Shown here: positions 44,583 to 54,795 of the stretch, in pieces | Layout of the letters: each line of letters opens with the position of its first letter | Numbering within the stretch: the stretch's first letter is position 1 | Assembly (NCBI GenBank): GCA_964466295.1 | Contig: CAYXRC010000003.1 | Coordinates: 407 to 64,406, forward strand | Direction: 5' to 3' | Source: an uncultured Ruminococcus sp. | Lineage (GTDB): Bacteria > Bacillota > Clostridia > CAKSNL01 > HGM11501 | DNA length: 64,000 nt | The notes under the pieces: generated by a model | What the model saw: only the letters and a program-made list of their open reading frames with translations | The model's database searches: none | Told to the model about the DNA's origin: nothing | Translations under genes and position numbers: made by a program

Positions 44583-45320
44583 TTAATTTAAGTTTATGTA
44601 AAAAACCTTTTCCTCCTCAATCTCTACTATTCCTACTCCGACTTCCTCTCCGGCATTTGAAAATTTATATATTTCTCCTATCCTTCCCTCCCCGGATATT
44701 TTTTCTTTTCCCATGTAAGAAAAGCCCATATCGTAAAGAATATCTATATAATCCTCCGCACTGTCAATTTCAGGATCCCTTGACGCAATATCCGTTACGG
44801 AATATATATAGGTTCCGCCGTCGGACTTTATATGCTCAATGGAGTAAAGCTCCCCGTAATCGGGAATGTTTGTACCCTCATAAAAGCTTAAATTATCGGT
44901 ATCATGATATATTAAAACGGAGTTTTTCTCGCCGTCCCATGTAACCTTATAGCCGAAGCCCTCCGAAACATATCTTGCAGGGACAAGCACTCTCCCGTCT
45001 TTTATTATGGGCGATGAGTCCATAGTAACCTTTTTGCCGCTGTAGTCAGCCTTTTTTTCTCCGACCGTAAGCTCTACGGTCTTTCCGAGCTTTACCCCCA
45101 TAGCCGTTTTAGATTCATCGTCCCATGTGACATAAGCGCCCATCGCCTCGAAAATTGCCCTGACAGGCACCATGGTACGCCCGTCGATTATTTCGGGTGG
45201 AACATCAAAATCCACTTTTGTACCGCTGACAAAAACCTTTATTTCGTCTTCGGCAAAAGACGCAGTGCAAAAAATACCTGTCAACAAAAATATGACTGCA
45301 AATACTGCTAATTTTTTCAT
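44583..45320 (-). CDS. Secreted protein with copper-amine-oxidase N-terminal-like (stalk) domain
   Basis: Signal peptide MKKLAVFAVIFLLTGIFCTASFA. Repeats DGRTMVPVRAIFEAMGAYVTWD and DGRVLVPARYVSEGFGYKVTWD. Confidence 0.8.
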   Translation of the reverse strand: MKKLAVFAVIFLLTGIFCTASFAEDEIKVFVSGTKVDFDVPPEIIDGRTMVPVRAIFEAMGAYVTWDDESKTAMGVKLGKTVELTVGEKKADYSGKKVTMDSSPIIKDGRVLVPARYVSEGFGYKVTWDGEKNSVLIYHDTDNLSFYEGTNIPDYGELYSIEHIKSDGGTYIYSVTDIASRDPEIDSAEDYIDILYDMGFSYMGKEKISGEGRIGEIYKFSNAGEEVGVGIVEIEEEKVFYINLN

Positions 45321-45433
45321 CTGTCGGCTCTCCTTAAAAAAATACCCTTAAAAGGATCTTATTCCTTTTAAGGGTATTATAATACAAAATAATTTATTTT
45401 TCAACTAAATATATGAAATTTTAAAAAAATCCT

Positions 45434-46210
45434 TCATTTTATCGCATTAATTCCGATAACAATAACGCCGATTATTATAAGCACTATTCCCGTTATGCGG
45501 TTAAGCGTCTTGGTATCTGCCTTATTTGCAAATTTTGCGGCAATTTGAGCCCATATAAACGTAAATAAAACGCAAAGCGCCAGTACGGTTATATCGGGAA
45601 TTCCGCCCATAACAAAGTGACTTAACGCTCCCGTCAGAGCCGTAAACGTCATGATAAATACGCTCGTTCCCACAGCGCATTTTAGCTCATATCCCAAAAC
45701 GGAGGTCAGTATAAGAAGCATCATCATACCTCCGCCGGCGCCGACAAAGCCGCATATAAAGCCTATTAAGGTTCCGCAAAAAGCAGACTGTATCATTCTT
45801 TTTTTAAAAGCTACTCCTGCCATCGCTTCTTTAGTAGTCATAACGGGACGCACAACAAATTTAATTCCCAAAAGAAGCGTCATGAAAACCGAAAAATTTC
45901 CCATTGCATGATTGGGAATAAGCCTTGCTATATAGCTCCCGACAACCGTAAATATAAGTACAAATGCCATCATTATAACGCCGTTTTTTACATCAAGATT
46001 TCCGTTTTTCTTATATGTATAGGCGCTGACGGCGCTTGCCAAAACATCGCTTAAAAGAGCAATTCCGACTGCGTCGTATGCCGGAAGTCCCAATAAAGTT
46101 ATAAGAATGGGACTTATAACCGCCGCCGCACTCATACCGGCAAAGCCCGTGCCTATTCCGGCGCCGGCGCCGGCTATGAGGCAGACAATTATTTTTATAA
46201 ATAAATCCAT
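45434..46210 (-). CDS. TauE/SafE-family sulfite-exporter-like membrane protein
   Basis: 258 aa with about 8 TM spans and the Gly-rich GAGAGIGTGFAGMSAA / GFVGAGGGMMM pattern of the TauE family. Confidence 0.8.
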   Translation of the reverse strand: MDLFIKIIVCLIAGAGAGIGTGFAGMSAAAVISPILITLLGLPAYDAVGIALLSDVLASAVSAYTYKKNGNLDVKNGVIMMAFVLIFTVVGSYIARLIPNHAMGNFSVFMTLLLGIKFVVRPVMTTKEAMAGVAFKKRMIQSAFCGTLIGFICGFVGAGGGMMMLLILTSVLGYELKCAVGTSVFIMTFTALTGALSHFVMGGIPDITVLALCVLFTFIWAQIAAKFANKADTKTLNRITGIVLIIIGVIVIGINAIK

Positions 46211-46297
46211 GCTCAGCCTAAAATCCCTTTCTCTTTGCTAACTAAATATACTAAAGTTTCAGGTTTGACATTTATGTAAGAAGGTCTTAATTAAGCC

Positions 46298-48190
46298 TTA
46301 TTCAAGCATCAAGCCGCAGACCATCTCTCCTATTTCAGAAGGATTGTCCAGCGAAAGTCCGCTTATTAGTCTTGCCTGGGCATAAAGAATCTTGGAATAT
46401 TTTGAAAGCTTATCCTTATCAGAATTAAATAACTCCGAAAGCTTATCCTTGATGGGATGGCTTGCGTTAATTTCAAGCACGATTTCAGCCTTAATGCGGT
46501 TTTCCTCACTTGAGGACTTATTAAGCGCCTTTTCCATCTCAACAGAAAGCATACCCTCGTTAGAAAGACATACCGGATGCTTATCCAATTTATTTGTCAG
46601 GCGCACATCTTTAACCTCTCCGCCAAGACTTTCCTTGATAAAGGAAAGCATATCCTTTGCCTTTTCGTTCTCTGCCTTAAGGCTCTCTTTTTCTTCGTCT
46701 GTTGAAAGGTCAAGCTCATCCTTGCACACGTTCAAAAATTCTTTTTCCTCATAAGTGTTAAGCATCTGAAGCGCAAACTCATCCACATCCTCTGTAAGAT
46801 ACAAAACCTCGTAGCCGTGGGCAATAACCGATTCAACCTGAGGAAGCAGCGAAATCTTCTCTAAGCTATCTCCGGAAGCGTAATAAATCTTTTTCTGGTC
46901 CTCTCTCATGCGCTCTGTATATTCTTTAAGTGTTACAAGCTTTCCCTCTTTTGAAGACTTAAACATGATAAGGTCCTTAAGCAAGTCCTTTTTCATGCCG
47001 TAATCGCTATATATTCCCCATTTAAGCTGAGAGCCGAAGGCGTTATAGAACTTTTCGTAGCTTTCTCTGTCATTTTTCTGCATATTTAAAAGCTCTGACG
47101 AAATTTTCTTTTCCAGCGCTTTTGCTATCGCCTTAAGCTGACGGTCGTGCTGAAGCATTTCACGGGAAATATTAAGAGATAAATCGGCGCTGTCTACCAA
47201 TCCTCTTACAAAGCTGAAGCAATCCGGTATAAGATCCTTGCACTTATCCATAATAAGCACGCCGCTTGAGTAAAGCTTAAGTCCCTTTTCATAGTCCCTG
47301 CTATAATAATTATAAGGCGCATGGGCGGGGATAAATAAAAGCGCTGTGTAATCGGCCGTACCCTCGGTTTTCTGGCGTATTACCTTAAGCGGAGCCTCAT
47401 AATCCATAAACTTATCCCGGTAAAATTCGTCATATTCTTCGTCCTTTACCTCTGAAGGGTCCTTTTTCCATATGGGCACCATGCCGTTTAAGGTTTCATC
47501 CTCGGTTATTTTTTCATATTCGTCCTTACTTCCCTCTTTAAGCCTTTCATGCTCTGTCAGCATTTTGATGGGGTAGCGTATGTAATCGCTGTACTTTTTT
47601 ATAAGCTCCTTAATTTCGTATTCCTCAAGATATTGCCCGTATTTTTCCTCCTCGGTATCGTCTTTAAGGTGAAGCGTAATCACAGTGCCGGGCGTTTTCT
47701 TATCGCAAGGCTCAATCGTATAGCCGTCGGCTCCGGAAGAGGTCCATGAGTACGCCTCGTCGCTTCCGTAGGATAAGCTCTCTACGGTAATTTTATCGCT
47801 TACCATAAATGCCGAATAAAATCCGACTCCGAACTGACCTATAATATCAACCTTATCCTTGTTTTCCGAATCGGGATCGTTTTTAAAGTCGTAAGAGCCG
47901 CTCTTCGCAATTGTACCTAAGTTATTTTCAAGCTCGTCCTTCGTCATACCGCAGCCGTTGTCCGAGATAGTTAACGTTCTCTTTTCCTTGTTTGGCGTTA
48001 TCCTTATTTCGTACTCGTCTTTTCCTAAAGTTACAGAGCTATCCGTAAGCGAACGGAAATAAAGCTTGTCAATAGCGTCGCTTGCGTTTGATATTATTTC
48101 ACGAAGGAAAATTTCCTTATGGGTATAGATTGAATTAATCATCATATCCAAAAGCTTTTTAGATTCGGTTTTAAATTGTTTCTTTGTCAT
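46298..48190 (-). CDS. htpG: Molecular chaperone HtpG (Hsp90)
   Basis: FKTESKKLLDMMINSIYTHKEIFLREIISNASDAIDKLYF...GQFGVGFYSAFMV. Confidence 0.95.
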   Translation of the reverse strand: MTKKQFKTESKKLLDMMINSIYTHKEIFLREIISNASDAIDKLYFRSLTDSSVTLGKDEYEIRITPNKEKRTLTISDNGCGMTKDELENNLGTIAKSGSYDFKNDPDSENKDKVDIIGQFGVGFYSAFMVSDKITVESLSYGSDEAYSWTSSGADGYTIEPCDKKTPGTVITLHLKDDTEEEKYGQYLEEYEIKELIKKYSDYIRYPIKMLTEHERLKEGSKDEYEKITEDETLNGMVPIWKKDPSEVKDEEYDEFYRDKFMDYEAPLKVIRQKTEGTADYTALLFIPAHAPYNYYSRDYEKGLKLYSSGVLIMDKCKDLIPDCFSFVRGLVDSADLSLNISREMLQHDRQLKAIAKALEKKISSELLNMQKNDRESYEKFYNAFGSQLKWGIYSDYGMKKDLLKDLIMFKSSKEGKLVTLKEYTERMREDQKKIYYASGDSLEKISLLPQVESVIAHGYEVLYLTEDVDEFALQMLNTYEEKEFLNVCKDELDLSTDEEKESLKAENEKAKDMLSFIKESLGGEVKDVRLTNKLDKHPVCLSNEGMLSVEMEKALNKSSSEENRIKAEIVLEINASHPIKDKLSELFNSDKDKLSKYSKILYAQARLISGLSLDNPSEIGEMVCGLMLE

Positions 48191-48214
48191 AAAATATCTC
48201 TTCTTTCTAATTTA

Positions 48215-48643
48215 TTATCCTTTTTCAGCCACAAAATTCATAAGCTTTGTGTAAAGTCTTACAAACTCCGAGGAATCCTCTTCCCCGAGCTCTTTGAAAA
48301 AACTTGCGATAAAATTCACTATCTCATCGTTTTTACCGTTGAAAAACTCTATACCCTTAGGCTGGAGCTTAACAATAGTCTGCCTGCTGTCTAAGCTGTC
48401 AGGTATCCTTATGATATAGCCCTTATCCTCAAGCTGATTTAATAAAACCGCCATTCTTGCGGTGCTTACGATAAATTCATCGCTCAAATCCTTCGGGTGG
48501 GCGCTTCCTCCATGAAGCTTTAAATAGCTTAAAATACATATCTCATGCTTTATCTTTCTCGACACCTCTTTATCGAATTTTACATAGGGCAGGCTTCGGC
48601 GGACGTTTATAAACTGTCCGGCAAGGTCGTAAAATCTGTCCAT
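48215..48643 (-). CDS. MarR-family transcriptional regulator
   Basis: 142 aa. wHTH region ILSYLKLHGGSAHPKDLSDEFIVSTARMAVLLNQLEDKGYIIRIPDSLDSRQ. Confidence 0.85.
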   Translation of the reverse strand: MDRFYDLAGQFINVRRSLPYVKFDKEVSRKIKHEICILSYLKLHGGSAHPKDLSDEFIVSTARMAVLLNQLEDKGYIIRIPDSLDSRQTIVKLQPKGIEFFNGKNDEIVNFIASFFKELGEEDSSEFVRLYTKLMNFVAEKG

Positions 48644-48745
48644 CTCTTTTTCTCCTAATTTTTATAGCTATTTTTATTAGCAATTTTATTATAGCACTCC
48701 TGCTTTAGTTTGTCAATTAAAAATGTTAATTTTTCCTTTACATTG

Positions 48746-49495
48746 TTATCTATTTAAAATTTTCCGTACCGCATTAACATCAAGCAAATTTACGGTTTCA
48801 AAATTTCCCTTGTAAAACACTCCCCAATTGTTAAATACGCACGGAAGCGCCTTTGCTTTTTCAAGAGTATCAACCTTTATAAGTGAAAAGTCTATATTGT
48901 TATCAGTAAGGTAATTTTTTATTTCCTCCGTTTTCTTAAAAATATAAGGACACTGCATGCTGTAATATATGGTAAGACATTCGTTATCTATATGCTGCCT
49001 TTTTGACTTTTCGGTAAACTTAGGATAAGTTCCGTCAAAGGAAAGCGCAAAAAGCTTGTAGCCGTCCTCGGTAATGTCCGCTGTTTCAAACCCGAATTTT
49101 TCGGCAAAGCTCTGATTGGAGAGCCAGTTTTTCTGCTTAACTGCCCCAAGCATGCATATACCGGACTTCCCATTTTCCTTAGCGTCGCTGATGCAGTAAT
49201 TCATAAGGGCTTTCCCGTATCCTTTACCTTTTGCTTCTCCGTTTACCCACAGGCAGTATATGTAATAATAATTGCTTCCCGTAACAGGTGTCCACGCCTT
49301 GTCCAGCGGCGCATACTCAATAAAACAGCATTCACTGCCTTTAAGCTTTCTGAATACATGTCCTTCTTTTATTCTTTCTCTAAGCCATTCCCTTTTCGCT
49401 TCCACTCCCGGATGAGGCTTCTTTTTTCTGATAATACAGCACAAATGCTCGAAGTCTATATTTTCCTCGGTTAAATTAATAAACTCTGCTTCCAT
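48746..49495 (-). CDS. GNAT N-acetyltransferase with YoaP-like C-terminal domain
   Basis: GNAT motif A region KGKGYGKALMNYCI. The C-terminal CPYI...KALPCVFNNWGVFYKG resembles the YoaP domain. Confidence 0.7.
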   Translation of the reverse strand: MEAEFINLTEENIDFEHLCCIIRKKKPHPGVEAKREWLRERIKEGHVFRKLKGSECCFIEYAPLDKAWTPVTGSNYYYIYCLWVNGEAKGKGYGKALMNYCISDAKENGKSGICMLGAVKQKNWLSNQSFAEKFGFETADITEDGYKLFALSFDGTYPKFTEKSKRQHIDNECLTIYYSMQCPYIFKKTEEIKNYLTDNNIDFSLIKVDTLEKAKALPCVFNNWGVFYKGNFETVNLLDVNAVRKILNR

Positions 49496-49668
49496 AAGCT
49501 AACTCCCCTCTTGATGTTCTATAAAAAGTATATTATATAAGGAGGGTAAAATCAAGTTTTTCGAGCGCATGCAGCAGAAATATCTGAAAAAAGTCGGCAC
49601 CGCCAGACCGTGTGACTGATTTTTCTGCAAAAGAAAAATCGGAACGGAGCATAAGTCCGTTCCGACGT

Positions 49669-49755
49669 GGTGCCGGTGGCGGGACTTGAACCCGCACGGT
49701 ATTGCTACCAATGGATTTTGAGTCCACCTCGTCTGCCAATTCCAACACACCGGCG
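49669..49755 (-). tRNA. tRNA-Leu(CAA), class II
   Basis: Acceptor GCCGGTG/CACCGGC, anticodon loop CTCAAAA, long variable arm, GGTTCAAGTCC T arm, CCA encoded. A terminator hairpin TCGGAACGG...CCGTTCCGA lies just downstream (49637-49666). Confidence 0.85.
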
Positions 49756-49919
49756 TAAAATCAATTATACAACATTATACAAAAAAATGCAAGTGTTTTT
49801 TTATAAAAATTTTATTTAATATCTAAACATTTCAAAAAAAGCAGTCTAAAGCAACGCTTCAGACTGCTTTTTAACTTTTATGAACGCAAAGATTTACGCA
49901 TATTTAACAATCTTTGCTA

Positions 49920-50456
49920 TCAAGAGTCCATATCAACACTGCTTTCTTTAATATCTCCTGTCTCCGCATCAATTTTATAACTGAATTCCTTATTTCCCGA
50001 ACGGAAAACAATATCATAACAGTTATCCTCTTTATCGTACGAGTTTTTTACCGTAAGCACCGAGCCACCGACATCAGCATCTATTATAGCAATGGCCAGT
50101 GCATCCTCATGAGAAAACGCCTGCTTTGATGTGCCGGTGTTTTCATTGTCATCCGACTCGTTCGCCGATGGTCCGTCCGCCCGCGGAGCAGATATTGGAT
50201 CTTCAGTAATAACCGAAATTACATCACCGTTTTTTGCGCTGACCTTACCCTCGTACTTTCCGAGCTCTGTTTCAAATTCTATTTCATAAACCATAGAATC
50301 CTCATCGTACTCGCATTCCGTTATAACCGCTCCGGGACTGTAATCTTTTATTGCCTTTATTGCTTCCTTTTCCGATATTTTCTTTCCCGAATTTTCTCCG
50401 CAGCCTGTTAAAACTATAGCGATAGAAATAAGCGCAAGTATTGCTTTCTTCTTCAT
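49920..50456 (-). CDS. Lipoprotein with PepSY-like domains
   Basis: Lipobox LTGC after the signal peptide. Two repeated segments resemble PepSY (…YEIEFETELGKYEGKVSAKNGDV; …YDIVFRSGNKEFSYKIDAETGDI). Confidence 0.65.
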   Translation of the reverse strand: MKKKAILALISIAIVLTGCGENSGKKISEKEAIKAIKDYSPGAVITECEYDEDSMVYEIEFETELGKYEGKVSAKNGDVISVITEDPISAPRADGPSANESDDNENTGTSKQAFSHEDALAIAIIDADVGGSVLTVKNSYDKEDNCYDIVFRSGNKEFSYKIDAETGDIKESSVDMDS

Positions 50457-50570
50457 CCAGAAAGTCCCTCCTTAAAAAAATATAGCTTTATTATACACGT
50501 TTTTTCACTATAAAGCAATATCTTTATTAATTTTTTTGTCGGCAAAATTCGAGCCCGCCTTGTTTTTTTT

Positions 50571-50609
50571 TGCAAAATCAAGGCGGCAGAAGTAATTGTC
50601 CGCCGCCTT
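50571..50609 (-). terminator. Terminator after the SLH surface-protein gene
   Basis: AAGGCGGC-14 nt-GCCGCCTT stem. The - strand RNA continues GAUUUUGC. Confidence 0.6.
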
Positions 50610-50614
50610 TAATA

Positions 50615-53600
50615 CTATTTTGTCAAAATGTTTATAAATCTCATTATCATTTCCGCCGCTTCTGCACGGGTTGTATTGTCACCGGGATTAATCGTGCGAT
50701 CGGTTTTTCCCTTAATTACTCCCATATTAACCGCCCACGTCATTGCCTTAAGCGCAAATTCCGAAATATTTCCGGCATCTTCAAAAGAAAGACTGCGCTC
50801 GTTTTCTTTTTCCTCCTCGCCCCGCTTTGTTTTTATATACCGGTAAAGCATAGCCGCCGTCTGCTCCCTGGTAATTTTCTCATCCTTTCCGAATACGGTA
50901 TCGCTAAGTCCCGAAATGATGTTTTCGCTTGCCGCCCATCTTACCGCCTCTGCGTACCATTCATCCGGGTTAACATCCTCAAAGGAAATCGCATAATTTA
51001 CAGAAGGCTTGTTTTCCATTCTCCAAAGAACGGTTATAAACATTGCTCTTGTCATGCTGATGTCCGGCTCAAAGCCTTTGTCTGTTCCCTGCATTATATT
51101 ATTTTCATAAGCGAATTTGACCGCTTCGTAATGCCAGTCGGAGGATTTCACATCCCCGTAGGTATTTTCGCTGAACAAAGGCTTTTTTTCGTCCTCCTTT
51201 TTTGTTTCATCGGCATTTTCTACACTCTCCTTTACCGTTTCGTCATTTTTCTTTGTAGGCGATCCGGAAGATGAGCTCCCATGTGAATATTCGTTTTTCT
51301 CCTTAGTGTAATTGTCCGTATAATGGAATACTATTATATCCTTGTCCGATAGCTTTTGCGAATCGATTCCTTTATTCGGATATTTGCCGTTTAACAAATA
51401 CATCCATCCGGAAAGACTGCCGTTGTCAAATTCAGAAAGCCCCTTGATTTCGCTTATATAATCCCCCTCGTTTGTGTAGGGAATGCCGCTTATGCCAAGA
51501 GCCTTTTTGACTGCGTCAATGACAAAGCTTCCTTTACCAAGAGTTATTTTCGTTTTGGGTATCCATGTTTCAAGATTTCCCTTGCTTTTTGTATGAATAT
51601 CGGCGCTATCTTCAGGCTCTCCATGTTTTTCATCTCCCAAAAGGGTAAAATACACCGTTATTTTCCCCGATGCACTAACGCCTCCGCCACCGGATGTATT
51701 TTCAGACACGTTTATTATCTGCGACGCCGTTTTTATGTTCTCCGCCGCTTCCTTGCCGGTGTATGTTACTATAACTTGAGTATCTGTAATTTCAAGCTCC
51801 CGGTTAGGCGAATAAGAATAGTCTTTAGTTTCCTTTCGGCTACCGTTTTCATATACTGCCTCGACAACCATTCCGCTTGGGCTGAAGGTTTCGCCCTCCT
51901 TGTATGTGGTTTTATCGGGTGCCTTTTTTATTTCAATACCGACTACCTTCGGAGCCTTTACGCTTACGGGAATATATTCTGTCATTCCCCTATACGAAAC
52001 CGTCACCTTATCGGTGTCTAAGGTTAAAATTTCCGGAGAAATTTCATAATTAAGCGCAATCTGCGCCGTTTCATCCTCATAATTTGCCGTAACCACAAGA
52101 CCTTCGGTATCAAATTTGTCACCTTCATAATACTCGGTCTTTACTCCGTCGGTTTTAAGAGTAACAGAGGTGAGCGGGGAAGCTGTTATAGTTACCGGAA
52201 TTGTTATATCAGGCAGCTTTCCTAAATATCCTATCTTTGCATCTGCGTTTATATTTGCTCCCTTTCCGCTCTCATATGTTATTAAGCGATGATTTCCGTA
52301 AGGATCTCCCCATCCGCTTACGTAGATAAAGCCCCCGGAAAGAACAAAGGTATCGTAAGGGTAATCCTCGGGTATTACCAGATCGCCGCTTTTTACGTAT
52401 TTTATAACGCCCCATTCATTTTTTTCAGTCATAATATTTGAAACCGTATTTGCAGAAGCACTGTTTGCAAAATTATATTGTGCAGAGGACGCACCGATAA
52501 CCTGCCCCTCATAGCCGGTTACGTCTTCATACAAAGCAACGGCATTCATGTTGTATACCCCGGCAAGCTTGTTTGCCGGGTGGTACAGCTTATCAAACAC
52601 TACGCTTACCTTATCCCCCGGATGCACGCCCTCGCCGTTATTTACGGTTACATCGACTTTCTTTGCCGTGATAACCTGAAACTCTTCCTTGCCGTCCTTT
52701 TCAAGCTTTACAATATTTCTACCCTCGGTCAAAGGCACGGTTACGCTTCCGTCGGCGTTTCCCATTATTTCTTCAAAGCCGTTATATGATATTTTCTCAG
52801 TCACATAAGGGTTTAGAGCATATACCTTAACGCCCTCGGTTTTTGGCGTAAAGGTATATTTGCCATATTCTCCGGTAAAGTAAATGACATCATGCTCACT
52901 GTCGATTTTATCTCCCGAAAGCTTCATTTCCGGTTTATTTTTTCCCTCATTTAAGGTCATCCCGGTGTTTATTTCGCTGTCGCCCGAATCAACCGTTACA
53001 ACAAACACGCCTGTATTTTCGGGATAAACTGCGCCGTAAAACTCATCGCCTGACCCGAAATTTAAGGTCATTGCGTCATATGTAACCAAAACTATTGCAG
53101 TGCCCTTTTCTCTTGCCGTCAAAAGTCCGTCCTCACCGACCGTGACTATATCCGAGGGATTTCCTTTTTCGTCAATCACTTCATAGCGGTAATCCGGCTC
53201 AATAAAATAATTGTTAAATGTCGAATTTACTGCCTCCCAGTTACGAAGCGAAACAATCTGATAATTATCGCCTTTTGAAAGCTTCAAATATCCTTCCGCA
53301 TTGATATTTAAATAAATATCCGCAACGTTGTATCCGTTGTTAGATGAAGAATCCCTGTCAACAGTAGTTTTTGTCTTCCCCTCGGGCTTTAACATTTCCT
53401 CTGTTATGTTAAGAGCAAAATCCGCCGTCTTTTTGAATGTTCCCCCGTATGTAACATATTCATCTCCGCTTACACGGTAGTTATACGTTCCGTTATCTGC
53501 AAGGTCAAAATAGTATTTGGAAAACTCTCCGTCGGATATTATAAGAGAAGGCTCCGCCTCAGTAAATTTCACAAAATGCGTTTTTCCTTTAGAACCTAAA

Positions 53601-54385
53601 AACAGCGAAGCGTCAGACGGCACCGTAATGCAGGCGTCCGGATAAGCCTTAACCGTTACAACGCTGACCGGCGCAGTTATTGCGGTTACTGCTTCTCCGT
53701 TTACTTCCTTTTCCTTTTCAGCGGAAACCGTATAGGTGCCGGGAGAATCAAATGCCAGCGAGGCTTTTCCGTCTTTATCCGTAAAAAGCGCTTTTCTTTC
53801 GCCGTTAACGGTAATTTCAGCGCCCTCACAGGGTGAAAATACGGTTTTATAATTTTCGTCGTAGCCTGCCTGACTTAAGATGAGCGTTACCTCTTCATTC
53901 ACATATACTTCATATGCCGGACGGTCAAAGGACGTGTAGCTCTCAGTGTCGGGATAGCTGTTTTTAAATATGCAAGCATCTATATAATCCCCGTTTTCGA
54001 CCACGTGAGAAAGCCCCATTACCTCCTCGGCTCCGCCGTTTACCTGATAGCCGAAATTACCGCTTTCATTGCCCCAGAATTTTGTTACATAAGGCCCCCA
54101 TGCCCCTTCGGCTGAGGAATATCCTAAATCACTGCCTCCTTCATAAAAGGCATCGTGAAGCGCTTTGAATACGTCGTCAAGACAGTAGCTTTCTTTGCCG
54201 GAAAGCTCTACCTTAGCATGCTCAAGAAGCCGGCCGTCTTTGTCGGAAAGTATTTTTCCGCCTTCCGATACGTTCACAAACACGCTTACCGCATCTATGC
54301 CGTTATCCGCCGACACCTGCACGACCGTTAAGCTTAATACCATTAGGATACTAAGCATCAGTGATAAAAATCTTTTCTTTGTCAT
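50615..54385 (-). CDS. 1256-aa cell-surface protein: signal peptide, two DUF4430-like (transcobalamin-beta-like) domains, Ig-like repeats, three C-terminal SLH domains
   Basis: Signal peptide MTKKRFLSLMLSILMVLSLTVVQVSA. DUF4430-like FGYQVNGG...ENGDYID and GWMYLLNGKYPNKGIDSQKLSDKDIIVFHY. Big_3-like repeats (YYEGDKFDTEGLVVTANYED / YKEGETFSPSGMVVEAVYEN). SLH repeats W(H)YEAV..A...I..G......F.P....TR. Confidence 0.85.
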   Translation of the reverse strand: MTKKRFLSLMLSILMVLSLTVVQVSADNGIDAVSVFVNVSEGGKILSDKDGRLLEHAKVELSGKESYCLDDVFKALHDAFYEGGSDLGYSSAEGAWGPYVTKFWGNESGNFGYQVNGGAEEVMGLSHVVENGDYIDACIFKNSYPDTESYTSFDRPAYEVYVNEEVTLILSQAGYDENYKTVFSPCEGAEITVNGERKALFTDKDGKASLAFDSPGTYTVSAEKEKEVNGEAVTAITAPVSVVTVKAYPDACITVPSDASLFLGSKGKTHFVKFTEAEPSLIISDGEFSKYYFDLADNGTYNYRVSGDEYVTYGGTFKKTADFALNITEEMLKPEGKTKTTVDRDSSSNNGYNVADIYLNINAEGYLKLSKGDNYQIVSLRNWEAVNSTFNNYFIEPDYRYEVIDEKGNPSDIVTVGEDGLLTAREKGTAIVLVTYDAMTLNFGSGDEFYGAVYPENTGVFVVTVDSGDSEINTGMTLNEGKNKPEMKLSGDKIDSEHDVIYFTGEYGKYTFTPKTEGVKVYALNPYVTEKISYNGFEEIMGNADGSVTVPLTEGRNIVKLEKDGKEEFQVITAKKVDVTVNNGEGVHPGDKVSVVFDKLYHPANKLAGVYNMNAVALYEDVTGYEGQVIGASSAQYNFANSASANTVSNIMTEKNEWGVIKYVKSGDLVIPEDYPYDTFVLSGGFIYVSGWGDPYGNHRLITYESGKGANINADAKIGYLGKLPDITIPVTITASPLTSVTLKTDGVKTEYYEGDKFDTEGLVVTANYEDETAQIALNYEISPEILTLDTDKVTVSYRGMTEYIPVSVKAPKVVGIEIKKAPDKTTYKEGETFSPSGMVVEAVYENGSRKETKDYSYSPNRELEITDTQVIVTYTGKEAAENIKTASQIINVSENTSGGGGVSASGKITVYFTLLGDEKHGEPEDSADIHTKSKGNLETWIPKTKITLGKGSFVIDAVKKALGISGIPYTNEGDYISEIKGLSEFDNGSLSGWMYLLNGKYPNKGIDSQKLSDKDIIVFHYTDNYTKEKNEYSHGSSSSGSPTKKNDETVKESVENADETKKEDEKKPLFSENTYGDVKSSDWHYEAVKFAYENNIMQGTDKGFEPDISMTRAMFITVLWRMENKPSVNYAISFEDVNPDEWYAEAVRWAASENIISGLSDTVFGKDEKITREQTAAMLYRYIKTKRGEEEKENERSLSFEDAGNISEFALKAMTWAVNMGVIKGKTDRTINPGDNTTRAEAAEMIMRFINILTK

Positions 54386-54411
54386 TTCTCATATTCCTTT
54401 CTTTCGTTTTT

Positions 54412-54449
54412 TATATAAAAAACCGCGGCAGCTATAAAGCTGCCGCGGC
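54412..54449 (-). terminator. Leader terminator immediately upstream of the SLH-protein RBS (riboswitch expression platform)
   Basis: RNA CCGCGGCAGC-UUUAUA-GCUGCCGCGG followed by U6. An upstream GCGCGGG...CCGCGG segment can pair alternatively with its 5' arm. Confidence 0.8.
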
Positions 54450-54629
54450 AGAGTTTTCCCGCGCCCTTTGAGCAATTTCGGTATGCAAAAATAAGCCCTT
54501 TTAAAATAAGTGCGTTAAAAGAGCGTAGCCGAAAAATACCGCTTCTTTATATGCTCTTAAACATATATTTTGCAAAGCGGCAACAAAGCAGGTCTTTTGA
54601 CTTAACGCCTTATGAAAAAATTCGCACTT

Positions 54630-54775
54630 TTATAGTCCTGCCTTCTCAGTTTCCCAATGACTGACTTTCGTCAACGGACTAAAAAGCTTCGGCGTATACA
54701 GCGACTGGTATCGTCCCGGATTCTCACCGGATTCCCTTTTCACCGTGCGTGCCTTTTTATGCGGCATGCACGACA
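54630..54775 (-). ncRNA. Cobalamin (B12) riboswitch aptamer
   Basis: RNA GGUGAAAAGGGAAUCCGGUGAGAAUCCGGGACGAUACCAGUCGCUGUA ... AGUCAGUCAUUGGGAAACUGAGAAGGCAGGAC matches the conserved GGUG..AA.GGGAA...GGUG..AAUCC....C.G...C.GC..CUGUA and GGGAAGGC-type elements. Confidence 0.7.
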
Positions 54776-54795
54776 CTTTGTGCATCAATATGGAA

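Noticed and set aside
44561-44944. A 127-aa + strand ORF next to the pur promoter.
   Set aside because: It overlaps the promoter and is antisense to the secreted copper-amine-oxidase-domain protein gene. Its sequence is proline/leucine-rich and low in complexity.
50570-51274. A 234-aa + strand ORF, with other antisense ORFs at 51593-52021 and 52478-52789.
   Set aside because: They lie entirely antisense to the well-supported SLH-protein gene, are Arg/Cys/Phe-rich low-complexity sequence, and have no SD.
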